A stretch of 64,000 nt of DNA from Aplysia californica (Eukaryota). Below the pieces are notes generated by a model, which had not been told where the DNA came from, searched no databases, and saw nothing but the letters and a program-made list of their open reading frames with translations. The stretch is taken from NCBI RefSeq assembly GCF_000002075.1, contig NW_004797335.1, forward strand, positions 725,124-789,123, in the 5' to 3' direction. Position numbers and translations under genes: made by a program. Below are positions 23,112 through 36,800 of the stretch, piece after piece. Numbering within the stretch: the first letter of the stretch is position 1; each line of letters opens with the position of its first letter.

Positions 23112-23902
23112 TTAAAGAAGTAATAGTTCTGCAATGTAAATTGAAGATGTCAATGTTTGTAGGGCCCCTCATTCTTCTTTTTAATATTCTCCAAAGAAAA
23201 AAAAATGTTGCAATAATGTGAATATACTGAAGTCAAGGTTTTTGGTCACAAGACTTTTCAGTTGAAATAAATGTTATCTGAATTGTTAATAAATGAATTG
23301 GTGTTCATGGAAAGCTTTTTATTCCTCTCTGGTTCTGATGTACCATAATATGCAGTTAAATTTCAAGTGTCACTCTGAGATTTTTGGCTGGTACTTTGTT
23401 ATTTTCTGTCTGTGGAGAACTAATCCCTGACTTATTTATTGTTGACATCTCCGAGACAAAATTCTGTGTCTGAAGGAAGATTTTGTTTCTTTTGTTTATA
23501 CATTTTTAGTCTTTTTTTGCTCGTTTTGTTTTTCAAAACAATAAATTGTGTTCTGTGTTCTACTAATTTTACACCTTTTAGATTTCTCTAATCTTAGATC
23601 ATATAGAAAATCATAATACATGATTTGCTAGATATTTCTGTACCGTTTGTACCACCTTTTTCCTTCAACATTTAAGGGTCTGAGGCAGAGGTGAACATTG
23701 TCAAGTTTTTATTGTGTTTTGTTTTTTGTTGCAGCTTTTTTTTCTGTATTGGAAAAACTGGAAAAGCAATGTAAAACTTGGAAGTAAAAAAACAACTGAT
23801 TATTCTTAATGAGCAAAATTAATAGATTTTACCCCCCAAAAAAGGGAAAAAAGCCAAAAATGTTTAAAACAAAAGTGAAAATCCACAAACAAAATCTTAA
23901 AG

Positions 23903-23904
<2 letters not shown>

Positions 23905-23956
<52 letters not shown>
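23905..23956. repeat. (AT)n microsatellite
   Basis: Read directly from the sequence. Confidence 0.95.
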
Positions 23957-23959
<3 letters not shown>

Positions 23960-24984
23960 AAAAAAATTAAATTCTGTATTTTTCCCTCTTACTCATTTAG
24001 AAAAGTGCATAATTGTCTTGTTAGGGAAAGCAATACAAGCTCTGACTGTTAATGAGCGCTACAGTTGTTGGTGGCTCATCTCTTGTCACTGTTGATTCCT
24101 CTCTCAATTTTTGCATGGCATAATGTGATTCTGATTCTGATTGGGGGAAGGTGGTCTTTTACATGCAGTTAGTACCCCTGTTTCCTGTCCTATTTTTAAA
24201 ATTAGACAGTTTGAGTTTTCAAATTCATTTCTTGAAAATAGTACAACAGTTATGTCCAAATGGAGACATGTGCCAAAATCAGACTGGCGCATTCTTTAGG
24301 CAATGGCCTGCCAACAGGTCGTAAAATAGCATAATGGGCTGAAATATCTTAAGAACAGAAATCATGAAATAAAACAAGGATTAAATTTTTTTTTCTAAAT
24401 TTACTCAAAATTGTGATAAATGACTATTGCTTTTATCATATATAGCAAGTTGAAGATTTGAGGCACTGGTTCTATGCAATTCTATCAGTTGTTTAGAATT
24501 TAGTCTGTTCTTTAAAAAAATAAAAAAATTCACTGCAGTTGTTTTAAAATGATATCAGTGTTACAGTACAGTTTTTGTAACATCTGACTGATACATGCTT
24601 TGTCTTTAATATCTTAGAGCTCTAATTTTTTAAAATACAGAAGCAAAAGCTGTCCTTAAGACATTTTGTTTCTATGGTGTTCTTTCCTCAAAGCTTTAGT
24701 TGGGAGGAAAGTGACTGAAAACTTTTTAAGTCTTCATGTAAGATTATGAATATTTGATGTTTTCCTGTTTATGTCAGTGAGAGAGAAGGCGCAATTGGTT
24801 CCTGAATTCTTGGTTTTAACACTGAGAAAGTCTGAGACAACAATTGGTGGAGCAAGTACTTTTTGTAATGTTCATAAGGAAGCCCTTTAGGGTTAAGCCT
24901 TTTCTGATTGTCATTTATCTGTCAGTTTCACATAATATTTTGTCATGTTTACATGCTGAAGTTTCTCAGTCCATTCTTGTACAA

Positions 24985-25394
24985 CCCCCCAGGGCAGTGC
25001 CACTGACTGTAGTGTCTTCAGGCCATTCCCAAAGGGGGGACATTTCTCGTTCAAGCACAGTAGAATTGTAAATGGGCTGACTCGTGTCACGCTCATAACT
25101 GTGCCTGATCTACAACAGGGAACTGCTGCTTTTTCTTTCCTGATCCTTACTATTGTCATTTTCCTCTACTTTTTTTGTATGTTTGTCACTCTCTTGTAAC
25201 CTGCTATTTTGGGGTGCCTTGATAGTCGAAGCAGACCTTGTGCTGTTGAAGCTAGAGAGGTGAGCAGTCTAAGTCTGATTCCCTGTAAAGAAGTCTGATT
25301 CCCTGTAAAGACTTCTCTGTTGACACCCACCCCTTTGCGCTCATATGACCGTATGCAGTTGCGAGCGCTGTATAACCCTCTACTATTAAAAAAA
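24985..25394 (+). mobile_element. Family A retroposon
   Basis: Colinear; internal duplication of AAGTCTGATTCCCTGTAAAG. Confidence 0.85.
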
Positions 25395-27161
25395 TATATA
25401 AAAAGAGTTCACCTTTTATATTTGCTTCATGGAGATGCATAAAATCTCTACCTTTGTACAGATATACATCAGTAGGTTATTATACTTAAGTCACAGTAGT
25501 CAGCCAAAGTGTACAAGCAACAAGTTTAACTGTATTAGAAAGTCTCATTTTTTATCAAGAAATTAAATTATGTTTGGAAATTTGCCAATGTCTGAAGTAT
25601 TTATCTATTTGTTTCACGAAAAGTTTGAAATCCGATGTAGCGTCTTTAATTTCTCCTTAATATTTTTGTTTCTCTTGCCATTATTTGTTTTTCTATGGAT
25701 AGAGAAGCAGAAAAAGCCGCTGGGGATGGATACCTAACTGAATCTTGAATGAAATTTGTGAACTAGATGCTGCACACAAATCAAATTAAAGATTTCTGAT
25801 ATTCAAGAATTATTAGCAATGATAATTGTAGCACGACCAGTGTTGGAGCATTTTCCAAACTTTTGTTACAAAGCTACTATTTTGTATCTTGTAGCTGCTG
25901 CATTTTTTATCCTGCAGAGTATCGAGAGCATTTTCTCTTGTGAGTGTGGCAATATTTTGTACCTTTTTGAGAATGGGTCTTTGGTTTATTTCCTGTGTGT
26001 ATGGCATAAGGCCTTTTTGCCTCCGGCAATAGTTTGAGAATGAGAGTCAATTTGTGAAATCACCGCCAGTGCGTTTTAGAAAAGTCACATGTTGTGTTGT
26101 CAGTTTCCTTTTATGGTGACTAGTGTTCTCAACAATTTTACCTTTCATTTCCTGTATGTGTAGCATTTGAGCACCTGCCATAATTGTCCTGCCGTTGGGT
26201 TGTTTTTGGGTTTTTTTCCCTTTTTTCTTTTTGCCCTGAACACCATGCCTTGTAAAATTTGTCTTCTTTGGAGTTTCAGTTTGTTTTGGACATTGTTAAT
26301 GTTACATTATATTTTTTTTAAAAACCTGTAGTATCCTCCAAAGGGGGTCATACCAGGTTATACTTGAACATGCTATGCCTCAACGGTTTGCATTGAGTTG
26401 TGCACAAATTGTATGTAATAATAGCATGCATCATGATTGTTATAATGCCAAAGTGATATGGGCAATCTCAGTAATTTATAAAATTTTGAAGGCTAGCTTT
26501 TTAGACTTTAAAGGAAAAAGTCACTCATCATATGCTAAGTTGATTATCAATTGTCTCTACAAGTCCAAAGAGTTAAATGCCTCAAAATGACTTTGTTACA
26601 TTAAGTATTAGGTCCGTGTTAATTTTTTTTAGGTCACACTAGATCAATGCAGGTATATGGTTGTTTTTTACTTCCTGATATTGAACTTTGTACTTAAATT
26701 AAGTCTCAACTCTTTTAAATATTTAATTAATTGCTTGTTACATATCTGTGCAGTAGTCAAGATTACGAATGATGAGCTGTTGTCACTATTCTGTATGTAT
26801 GAGGGGATGGGTGCAGTTATTTTCTCTTTCAGGACTATAATGGTTGATTTAACTTCTATCATCAGATGCAAAATTGTGATCCTATACTCTGCAATGAGAT
26901 CTGAGTTAAATGAATTTTATGGGCAAAAAGAGCACCCCTTTTAGTTAAGTATATAGATCTATATAATTATGTCTGTTAAAGATGTTTTAGGAAATTTGTT
27001 TCCAAAATGTTCGAGAAATATATTTGATTTTCCCGTGTGTCATGCACATATTGATACATGTTTTTATATGATGCCGGTGTATACAACAGCTCTCTTGGTG
27101 CAAGGCTTGTGATTATATACGTTATGCTCATTCTTTTTATTTACACCATGTTCTCCTCAGA

Positions 27162-27167
27162 AATAAA
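27162..27167 (+). terminator. Candidate distal poly(A) signal of the evectin-like gene
   Basis: AATAAA followed by GT/T-rich sequence at the end of the T-rich + strand domain; proximal AATAAA near 23266 and 23288. Confidence 0.4.
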
Positions 27168-27229
27168 CTGGATTTTGTGTTATCAGATCCTTTGCTTCTT
27201 TGGAAGTCTTTTTTTCTTTAAAAGAATAT

Positions 27230-27410
27230 AGTGGGTGGTTGGCGGGTGCTCTCGTGTGGTTTGCTCCTTCTTTCCCATAAAACACCTATAATCCTTATCT
27301 CTCCTCCTCTTTTTTTGTGTGTGTTACTCTCTTGCAACACCTTTAATCTTCAGCACTTATATGACGTTATTGTGTTGCAAGTGCCGTAAAACTCTTACTG
27401 AAACTAAAAC
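27230..27410 (+). mobile_element. Family B retroposon
   Basis: 11-bp TSD TAAAAGAATAT (27219-27229 and 27411-27421). Confidence 0.88.
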
Positions 27411-28713
27411 TAAAAGAATATTGTGGAATGACGTCCTAGTGTAGTCATGTTGCAGCTCAATCTTTCTGTGGTGAGCACATGGTTGGTTGGTTGGCACTTT
27501 TCTTGCATCTTCTACTTCTTTGAAGCGTTTCGTTTTCCTAATCTGTTACATCATGTTGTCATCATTGCCTTTCTCGCCCTGGATCAGGATATAGGCCACG
27601 AACAAATGCTCCCCACCTTTCCTTATCCTGGGTTAGCCGCTTGATGTTATTCCAAGTCTTCCTATTTTTCCGTTCTGTTACATGTAATCAACAATTCAGT
27701 AGATAAGTCATTTGGCTGCAAATAAATAGAGTAATTTGGCTTAAATATTTGTAATATAGTATATAGCCATGGATAGCCTTTTTCCCAGGGGTGTCAAGGA
27801 TGAATGTAACGTAAAGGCGTGATTGTTTGTTGTTATTGATCCAGATCATGGCAACGTGGACTGGGGTGTCTGTGGACTGTCTGCTCACCCTGAGAAGAGG
27901 CCGTTCATTTTAAGGATAAGAGGGTACAAGGGGTTTTCATGAGACTGGAAAGACCTAACTGCCCTGTGAAAAAGAAGTCACAATTTTTTTTTTTTAATGG
28001 AGATATGACAAGTACTGAGGTCGCCATTTGTTTCAAAGATTCCCTTGGAATCCCAACCTCAAGACTGCGATGGCATTTTGATTTCTTTAGTTCTTCAACC
28101 TCAGAATCAGTCACCTTTACCTGTTCAAGAGCGAGTTGTTTAACTGGACACCAACTGTATAACTCAGGACTTAAAAATTCTAGTTCTTATTTCATAAGGA
28201 AACAAACTTTTCCAACCTTGCGGCCCATTTCAAAATGGACCTTCTGCTTGAAACTTGATGTTTATAGGCCTACTATTTATAACGGACATCTATCCCTTAT
28301 TACCAAGCAAAAAAATGTACTAGTCAATTTGGGAGATTTTGGTGATAAATCTTCAGGGCAAAAGCATACTGTATAGGGATTAACTATTCTGTCATCTTAC
28401 TATTATGCAACAGCAATGTAATCCAAATGTATGTTCTAGCTTTGTTTGAATTCTGGTATCGATTGAGTCCTAAACAAGAAAGTTATTCATTAACATTTCT
28501 TTGGACTAACATTTATTCTGGTCAGCTTGTATGTGACCCAGAGTCATATATTTATCAGTAAGAAAGAAGATACTATCACAAAGGAGGGAGTTGGGTTTTT
28601 TTAACCTACTGGTTCAAAGAAATGTAGCGAAGTGGAATGACTGCATTGTCATCAGTACAGTAACTTCCAATGTATAAAAGTGACAAACTCTAGAAAATAA
28701 TATTTCACTATTT

Positions 28714-28719
28714 TTTAAT
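28714..28719 (-). terminator. Candidate distal poly(A) signal of TRPC4AP
   Basis: ATTAAA on - followed by GAGTTTGTCACTTTT, near where the strand skew flips. Confidence 0.35.
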
Positions 28720-30694
28720 AGATTTGTTTCACGTTCATACAATATTCACTTAAATTAGCTCGAACAGAAAAAAAAAAGACAAAAAAAAGACAAACCACAG
28801 CGAGCACTCACAAAACAAACTAACAAAAAACATGCAAGCATCCTCCTCCTCATCCTAAACTCTCATGTCTCTTTCGCACTTCCTCAAAGTAAAATGACCA
28901 TTTTAACAAAAATGATCTTCATCTGTACAATACTCTATACATAAAATTAACTTATGACATGCACAGTGAATATACAAGATACAGGGCAAAACAATCCTGT
29001 GGGCAAACATTCTTGTTTTTTCCCTCCACAAGAAATTCGATGAGAGAGGGCCGTTGCTCAGCTGATGTGTCAGTACTGTCAGCCCATTCTTTGCCACTGC
29101 TTACGTCATGAGGGAACAGAGGCATATATATTGCAGTGACAACAAAATATAATACAATCAATCAAACGAGGCAACATGACCCTTACAAGGCCAGCCCAGC
29201 CTTGACTGCATTCCTGACCTCTCCGTCTACAAGTAAGATGCAGCCTGGGCAAACCCATATATGGCAAAAGTGACAGCAAAATTAAAACCACAAAGCAGTG
29301 AATAATGCTATGGACAACTTTCACGCCATTTGACGTTGAAATAGTTCTGAACACTGAGTTAAAAAGTTCTATCTCACAGTGGTAATTCAGGACTTGAGAC
29401 AACCCCAACAGGAACAATTCATCAAAAATAAAAAAATCACTTGGAAACTGGACCTTTAAAATGAAACTTGGCGATTAACTTCCAATACAAATCACAGAAG
29501 CTTTACTGTCTTCTGAAAACATGTTATTTAAATAGAACTTTAAAGAATTAAAAATTATATGATTTCTAATATAATGAGTAACAATGCATTTTACAATAAT
29601 CTAAACAGGTCATTCTGTCCAAATAAAGAGTAAATGCGAATTGTGAAGGTCTTACTGGAGCAAATCTAGAAATAAATGAGAGGTCGCACAGCTGAAAACG
29701 ACACAAGGAACCAGTTTAGTAGTGTTAAGAAACATGCCATGTGAATGAAAACTAATAAAAATAAGAACCACAAATATGAAAACTTAATTTACTGGTCAGA
29801 CTAAAACAGTTATCATTCTACTACAACCTCCAACTAGCCCCCCCCCCCCCCCCCACCTCATAGATTGTTCACTTTTGTGTCCACATTTAGAAAAATTCTA
29901 GCTGGCTTATTAGTTTGACAATGCGCATGTAATTTTGCATGGCACTCCCGAAGGTCAGCGACAAAACAAAAGACGTAACAAAATAAAAAATCTTAATCTA
30001 GTAATAAAAAAAGCTTCTACATTTTAGGTCTTCATTAAAGAAATTTAAATAATGTCCGTTGGGTGCATATGCAGTAAATTTCCAGTAACTTAGCCAACAA
30101 ACTGCTCATTTTGAGTTAGCAGCACCACCTGCCCCATATTTCAACAGCAGCTTGTAGATTTTCACCCAAGACTGTCTGAACAGTCTCATAATTACTCATC
30201 TGTCTGTTGTAATGTGTTTCCATCATTGAAGTATGGGGTTGATGTAAATAGGTCAGTATTTTTATGTTTTTGGTGTCGTATGCCGTAAATCCCCTACTGC
30301 TTTTTTTTTTACCTGCTTTATGCTAACATCAAAGAAAACGAGCCAGAACCTTAGTTTGCAGTGACCTTCATTAATGGGCTTTTAGATTCTGTTGGTCATC
30401 CAACTTATCCAACTTTTAGACCTATATATGGAAAGACATGAGAAGATCAAACCGAGCAAGTTCCCTTTAATTCGTTTAAAGTGGTGGCCAGACGAAAGCG
30501 AACTCGCTATAGTACTAAGCCCCCCCATTTATGTCAAAAAAGTGATTCATCAGTCTGGCATAATTTTATTCGACAACATCAACAAAAAGGAAAAAGTTTT
30601 GAATGTTTCAAATATGCTCAACACCATGACGTTAGCATGATTGAAACCATGAGACCAAGTTTCAAGTTGTTTCAAAGAGCAAAGGTACCTCTTT

Positions 30695-31030
30695 GTGGTG
30701 TCGGTGGCCTAGTGGTTAGGCTACCGGACTCGTAATCGTGAGGATGCGGGTTTGGGGGTTCAAGCTGCGGGGCCCCGACGTTCTGTCCTTGGGAAAGACA
30801 CTTTATACTAATTTCCCTTGGGTACCCAGCTATAGACAGTGAAAGATCTTGTCAGTTTGTTAGTGTTTGAGCGCTTAACCAGCTGCTTGGACTGCATGCT
30901 TCCCGGGAAGCTGAGAATGTTTCTGAGTGTTCTATGGTCTGCTGGGGTAATAATATAGAGTAAAGCGCTTAAAGCTTGCTTTCGAGTGGGGACATTCGCT
31001 ATACAAATGCTATTTATTATTATCATTATT
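30695..31030 (+). mobile_element. tRNA-headed CORE-like SINE with L2-type tail
   Basis: TGGCCTAGTGGTTAG A box, CORE-like TGTCCTTGGGAAAGACACTT, tail GTAAAGCGCTT..CGCTATACAAATGC(TAT)n. Confidence 0.75.
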
Positions 31031-31159
31031 AAACATTTGGTGATCCCATGCATGCGTGTTAATTGCCATTTGATAAAAACTTTATATTACGTATGTCGAG
31101 GACATCACAGTAGTTGTCCAATAGGTGCAGCACTGCATCCAAGTCCTGGGGAGGGGACA

Positions 31160-31885
31160 GAGACAACAACGCATCTTCACAGAGACACAATGCATCTTCA
31201 CAGACACAACGCATCTTCACAGAGACACAACGCATCTTCACAGACACAATGCATCTTCACAGACACACAACATATCTTCACAGACACAATGCATCTTCAC
31301 AGAGACACAACGCATCTTCACAGACACAATGCATCTTCATAGAGACACAACATATCTTCAGAGACACAACGTATCTTCAGAGACACAACGTATCTTCAGA
31401 GAGACACAACACATCTTCAGAGACACAAAGCATCTTCACAGAGACACAATGCAGAGACACAACGCATCTTCAGAGACACAAAGCATCTTTACAGAGACAC
31501 AATGCATCTTTACAGAGACACAACGCATCTTCAGAGACACAAAGCATCTTTACAGAGACAATGCATCTTCACAGAGGCACAATGCATCTTCACAGAGACA
31601 CAACGTATCTTCACAGAGACACAACGCATCTTCAGAGACACAATGCATCTTTACAGAGACACAACGTATCTTCAGAGACACAAAGCATCTTCACAGAGAC
31701 ACAAAACATCTTTACAGAGACACAATGCAGGGACACAGACACAATGCATCTTACAGAGACACACAATGCATCTTCACAGAGACACAATGAGGGGACACAA
31801 CACAATGCATCTTCACAGAGACACAATGCATCTGCATCTTCACAGAGACACAATGCATCTTCACAGAGACACAATGCATCTTCAG
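31160..31885. repeat. Minisatellite, ~19-21-bp unit GCATCTTCACAGAGACACAAT
   Basis: About 35 variant units. Confidence 0.92.
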
Positions 31886-33199
31886 CAAGCATGCATTCTC
31901 TCTAGCAAAGCAGGCATACACAGAGAGTAGACAAAACCAGTCAAAACCTTAGATAAAAATGTCTCTGCAAATTGTTATGAACAAGGCAGTGAGTGACCTG
32001 AGGAGGTGACAGGGAAGATAAGTTACCCTTTACAGAGAATGAGAGAAATATGTCACGCTTTAACTAGGAATTTCACATATTCTTAAAACTGTAATAAAGA
32101 CCAATCATCAGACAATATACAAGAATCCAAAATGTGTTGTCTTTAGAGAAAACAACAACAATGAAACCAAATTGAAACAACAACAGAGCACATGATAAAG
32201 TAAAGATGGCCTCTCAAAAAACAGTGACATAACGGTATCATACCATGAAAGTGACAGTTAAAAATGGATGGGTGGGTAGGGGCATGGCAAAGATGATATT
32301 TCCAAATCTCGTTCTCCCTTGTCTCTTGATATTTACAAAAAGAGATTGACAAATTATAGGCCTCCATAAAAGTACATAGACTTCACATTTTGCTTTTAGG
32401 CCACTGCATGTTTCCACCATTGTGACCTATGACAGCATTGCCACACACAAAGAAACTTATCAAATTCACAACAGGCATGTCCTCTATCGACACATTCACA
32501 CATGACTCTATACGCTTCCCTTCGGTCCTACAAACATTTGCAAGAACTCAACCTGACATCAAGACACACATTTCACAGTACACACGACACAGCATCATCA
32601 CAACATTCCCTTCCTCAATCCAAGAAAGACATGACAGTGATTTGTGTGATTTCAAATGGGCCACATCTCAGCCTCCTAGAATACCAGCTAGCAAAAACTC
32701 AGGGTTGTGTTTAGAGGGATCCAAAGGCTTGACTGTAATACATTTGGTACACTTTCATTACGTTAACAGTTCTGCTTTTCAACGGGTTTCACATACAAGG
32801 AATGTGCATAAATCTTTTTTAAAAAAGAAAAAAAAAACATACTTCAACAGGGAAAAACAGAGACTTCAACAGCTTCCTCACAAAGACACAGCTCTAAAAC
32901 CTTCCACAATGACACAGCTCTAAAACCTTCCACAATGCACTAGTGGATCAGGAAAAGACAAGCAGAAAGCAGTTAGTCATTTAAGAAGCTGGACCACTCA
33001 TTTGATGTTCATCTCTGAGAGGAAAGAACCATACGGGGGGAGGAGAGGAGTCTTGAAAACTCCCTGCATGATATCAAAAAGCTATGTGCCACATATGGTG
33101 AGGGACAATGCATCTAAGCCCAAGTAGAGTCAAGGTGCTATGAAGAAATCAGTCTACGGAAGATTCTGTAAGCCTTCAGGGAGATAATGAGCAGTTTAA

Positions 33200-33358
33200 G
33201 TAAGAGTTATACGGCACTTGCAACACAATCAGGTCATATAAGTGCCAAAGATTAGAGGTATACTAGTAACATTTAAAAAAAAGGGAGAAACAAGGATGAC
33301 AGATATTCAATAGGAAAGAAGTAGCAAACCAAAACAGAGCATCCGCCAACCACCCACT
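33200..33358 (-). mobile_element. Family B retroposon
   Basis: Reverse complement of B, GCACTT tail. Confidence 0.8.
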
Positions 33359-33676
33359 TATACATGACCATAAGTTAGCACTCACAACTTCAAATTCAAG
33401 CCATCCCAAAGATAACGTAATCTCAGACTGTTGCCCAACACTTCTGGAGACCTTTTACTGCCATCCTTTCCTTGCACTCAAAGAGAACAACTAAAGTTCC
33501 AATTGCCAGCATGAACCATTTAGCTAGCAAAACTGTGAAGAATGTTTCATCTATAAAGTTTTTATTTGTAATGCTGTAGTTTCGCACAAAACAGTATGGA
33601 CTGTCCCCTTCCATGACTGGTAAGTATGATCTGAATAACTGGGCTCAGTCAAAGAGAACTTGCTGCTGGCTCTTTG

Positions 33677-33848
33677 GTTTTCCTAAGTTTTACGGCACTT
33701 GCAACACAATAAAAGGTCACATAAGTGCCGAAGAGTAGAAGTGTTACAAGAGAGTAACAAACACACAAAAAAGGAGGAAAGGTAAGCACAATTGATGTTT
33801 GATTACAAAGGAAGAGAAAACAACGCCGGAGAGCACCAGCCAACCCAC
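33677..33848 (-). mobile_element. Family B retroposon
   Basis: Reverse complement of B, GCACTT tail. Confidence 0.8.
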
Positions 33849-36800
33849 AGACTTTCATTCCAAAATAGCCACATTCATTTTACGAGGAAAGAATGGGCTG
33901 CACACTTCACAGGGAATCTACCAGGAAATAAACAGCTACAGGACCACAACATTTATCCCTCTTTCTTTCATCAATCCAGAACAATCCTCACTCATGTCAC
34001 AAATATCCACTTTCTCACGGGCATATATCTAATATTACGGACACATGGAACACTACACACCTTTGATGGCAGTGCACAATGTTTCCACATCTTGGACCCC
34101 ATATTCTAAAAAAAAGCGAAAAGACAAGATGCTAATCATTTCTAACCCACTCTGCACCGAAAGTTTCCTTAGAAAAAATCTGCGTACATTTCAACCTCTA
34201 CAGTTGCGACATATTGTTGAACGCCTACCCCCCCCCCCCCCCCCCCGCTCCTACCATTGGTATGCATTTCTATAATTTCTAGACAAGAAGTCCCATTAGA
34301 TATAAAATGAGGCTACATTAAGTCAAAGTATAGAGTTGCTCTTCATTCTTCCAGTTTTGAAATGGCAGACATCGATCCAGAAATAGTGCGTGGGTGAACT
34401 TTTCTTAAAAAATGATAAAATGGAAGGTGCAATGGGTGTTGAAACTTTGAAAAATTTAAGAAAACATCGAAAATATATGATAACTCAGCCCGTGAAATGA
34501 TCTCAATTTTAAACAGGATACATGTGGTATCTTTAGGTGATTAATTTCTTTGTTCTAAGGATTCAGGGATTTTTAGTTTTAGTAGAGGTATTACGGTGCT
34601 CGCAACTGCATACGGTCACATGAAAGCAAGATTCAGGGCTTGTATAAGGACAGCTCCCTTAGGTTGAAATGGTAAATCAAGCAGTTTCTAAAAAAGAGAA
34701 GTTCACAAGCTCAACTTGAAAGACTCTTTCACTACTGAGTGGAGCACAGGAGGTAACGTTTCAGAACAGGCTAAACTTGGGCAGCTAGGGAGATTATACA
34801 ATTACCTCCTGGCACAAAGAAAAGCCGTTAACCTTGTGCAACTTCAATACTCAAGCGTCAGGTTAGAAAAAGAAATCAGTCAACAAAACTCACTAACCCT
34901 TTCTATGTTTGGCTGTAGTTGAATAGATAAAAATACTTTTTCTTTCAAGTCTCCCTTCAAATGTAAAATATGAGCGAGTGAATCTTTATTTCTTTTTGTT
35001 TTTCTCCTTAGTTTATGCCTGGAAATAGTCAGACACCCACAACTCACTTATTCATGAACAAATACACTGACACACACATTCAAAAGTGTAATCATGACAA
35101 TAACATAAAACCAGTCAAAATATGAAAAATGAAAATAGTTATTATAGTACATTATGAATGGTCCTCAATAAAACATATGACTGAGAACCGGCCATCAGCC
35201 AGAGAAAGCTTGTCCGCAAAAATTGTAACAAAAGAAAAAAGAAATCACAAAGACAACCAAGACGACTACCAAACTCACAATGTGAATATGAAGCAGCCTG
35301 CACGCATGTGTTCGTGATTTTTCTTTCCCTCAGCCCACAAAAGGGAACATAAATAAGTCTCAGTGTACACAACATATTCCACAAGTACAATTCAGCACAG
35401 AGCAAAGCGTGCAGCTTTCTCGATCCATTCATGAGCTTCTCAGCTTGCCCCAAAACCCACTGAAAATTTGACTTTTCAGTAAGCATCCCTGCAGAAATGT
35501 GTATGCTGTATTATGCCTCCACACATTCCCACATATGAGCTTGACAAACAAAAAAAGTTTAGAATAATCACATGGCCAAACTTAACTTCCCCATATACCT
35601 TATCAACAATGAGAACAACTCTTTACATAATAGAAGTCTTCAGTCAAGTGCCGGTGCCCCAGTTATGAACAAATGATATGGCTGGCGAGCAGTGCAAGGA
35701 CCATACAAACACCTCGTCACAATACTAGAGAACTGGTGCTGAAAATCTGGTTCTGGCACATCCATTAAATAGATACAAAAGACAAATAGAAGGCATTCTG
35801 AGATCCAGCTGAGATTTCTCATAATATGAAAATGCCTTCTTGCCACCAACACCCACTCCACCAACCCCCTCCCCCCACCCCACAAGCAAACAGAAATAAA
35901 ATATTGCACTTCACTTCTCTGCCAGCATTCCTTTACTCTGCCCAAGCTGCTGTAAACAGCAACCAGTGAGTGTTGTGAAGACACAAACTTGTGTACATGT
36001 TTTAGCCAAAATCCTGTATCATTCAGCTTTTCTTTTTGTACAGGATTGTATCAGAACTCGCTGAGCACTGGAGGCAGCTGCTTGATTTTCTGCTCATTTT
36101 TGTACAACCGAATAAAAGGAACCCTGACTTCATAAAAATGCTTTTTCTGAAGCGCCATAAAAGTGATACATAAAAGCCGGGAGTTTTAACAGGCTCACCG
36201 ACACTAGCTCTTTCGAACTTTGTAAGTCACTAATGAACCCACTTCATAAGATATATAGATATCCTACAATTTTGATAAAAAAATTGCATCTTTCAAAATG
36301 ACTGAAATTTGGAGAATGCAGACTGCAATTTCCACCACAGAAATCATTCTTCATCATCACCTTTAAAGCATTCAACAAATTTACAAATTTCAGACATTTA
36401 AAAAGTATGCTTCCGCACATCAGCTTTAGCTACAATGTTTCAATGAAGACATTAAATGTTATTAACAATACACCATTTCCCACAATAACCTTATCATTTG
36501 TAATTAAATAGCAAAGTGTAAAGCAAACAGTAAAAATGTGTGTATGGTAAAATTTTTCCACAGCGTCTATATTTCAGTCCACAAACAAGCACATGACATA
36601 AATATTCAGCTAAGAGAGGATAAATTTAATCTCTCAAATGAGAACTGAGGAGCACTATCAAAAGGACCTACCAGAAGTCTTTTCAAAGGAAAGTATGTTT
36701 ACTAAAAGGAAAGGAATTTAAAACATCTTGTTTGTTTACAGTCCTTGTTTAAAGGTAAATATAGGAAGTAAAATCATGTGTACATGTAATTGAAAATGAA

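Noticed and set aside
31114-31930. ORFs of 263, 221 and 142 aa
   Set aside because: Products of a stop-free minisatellite; overlapping frames and no splice context
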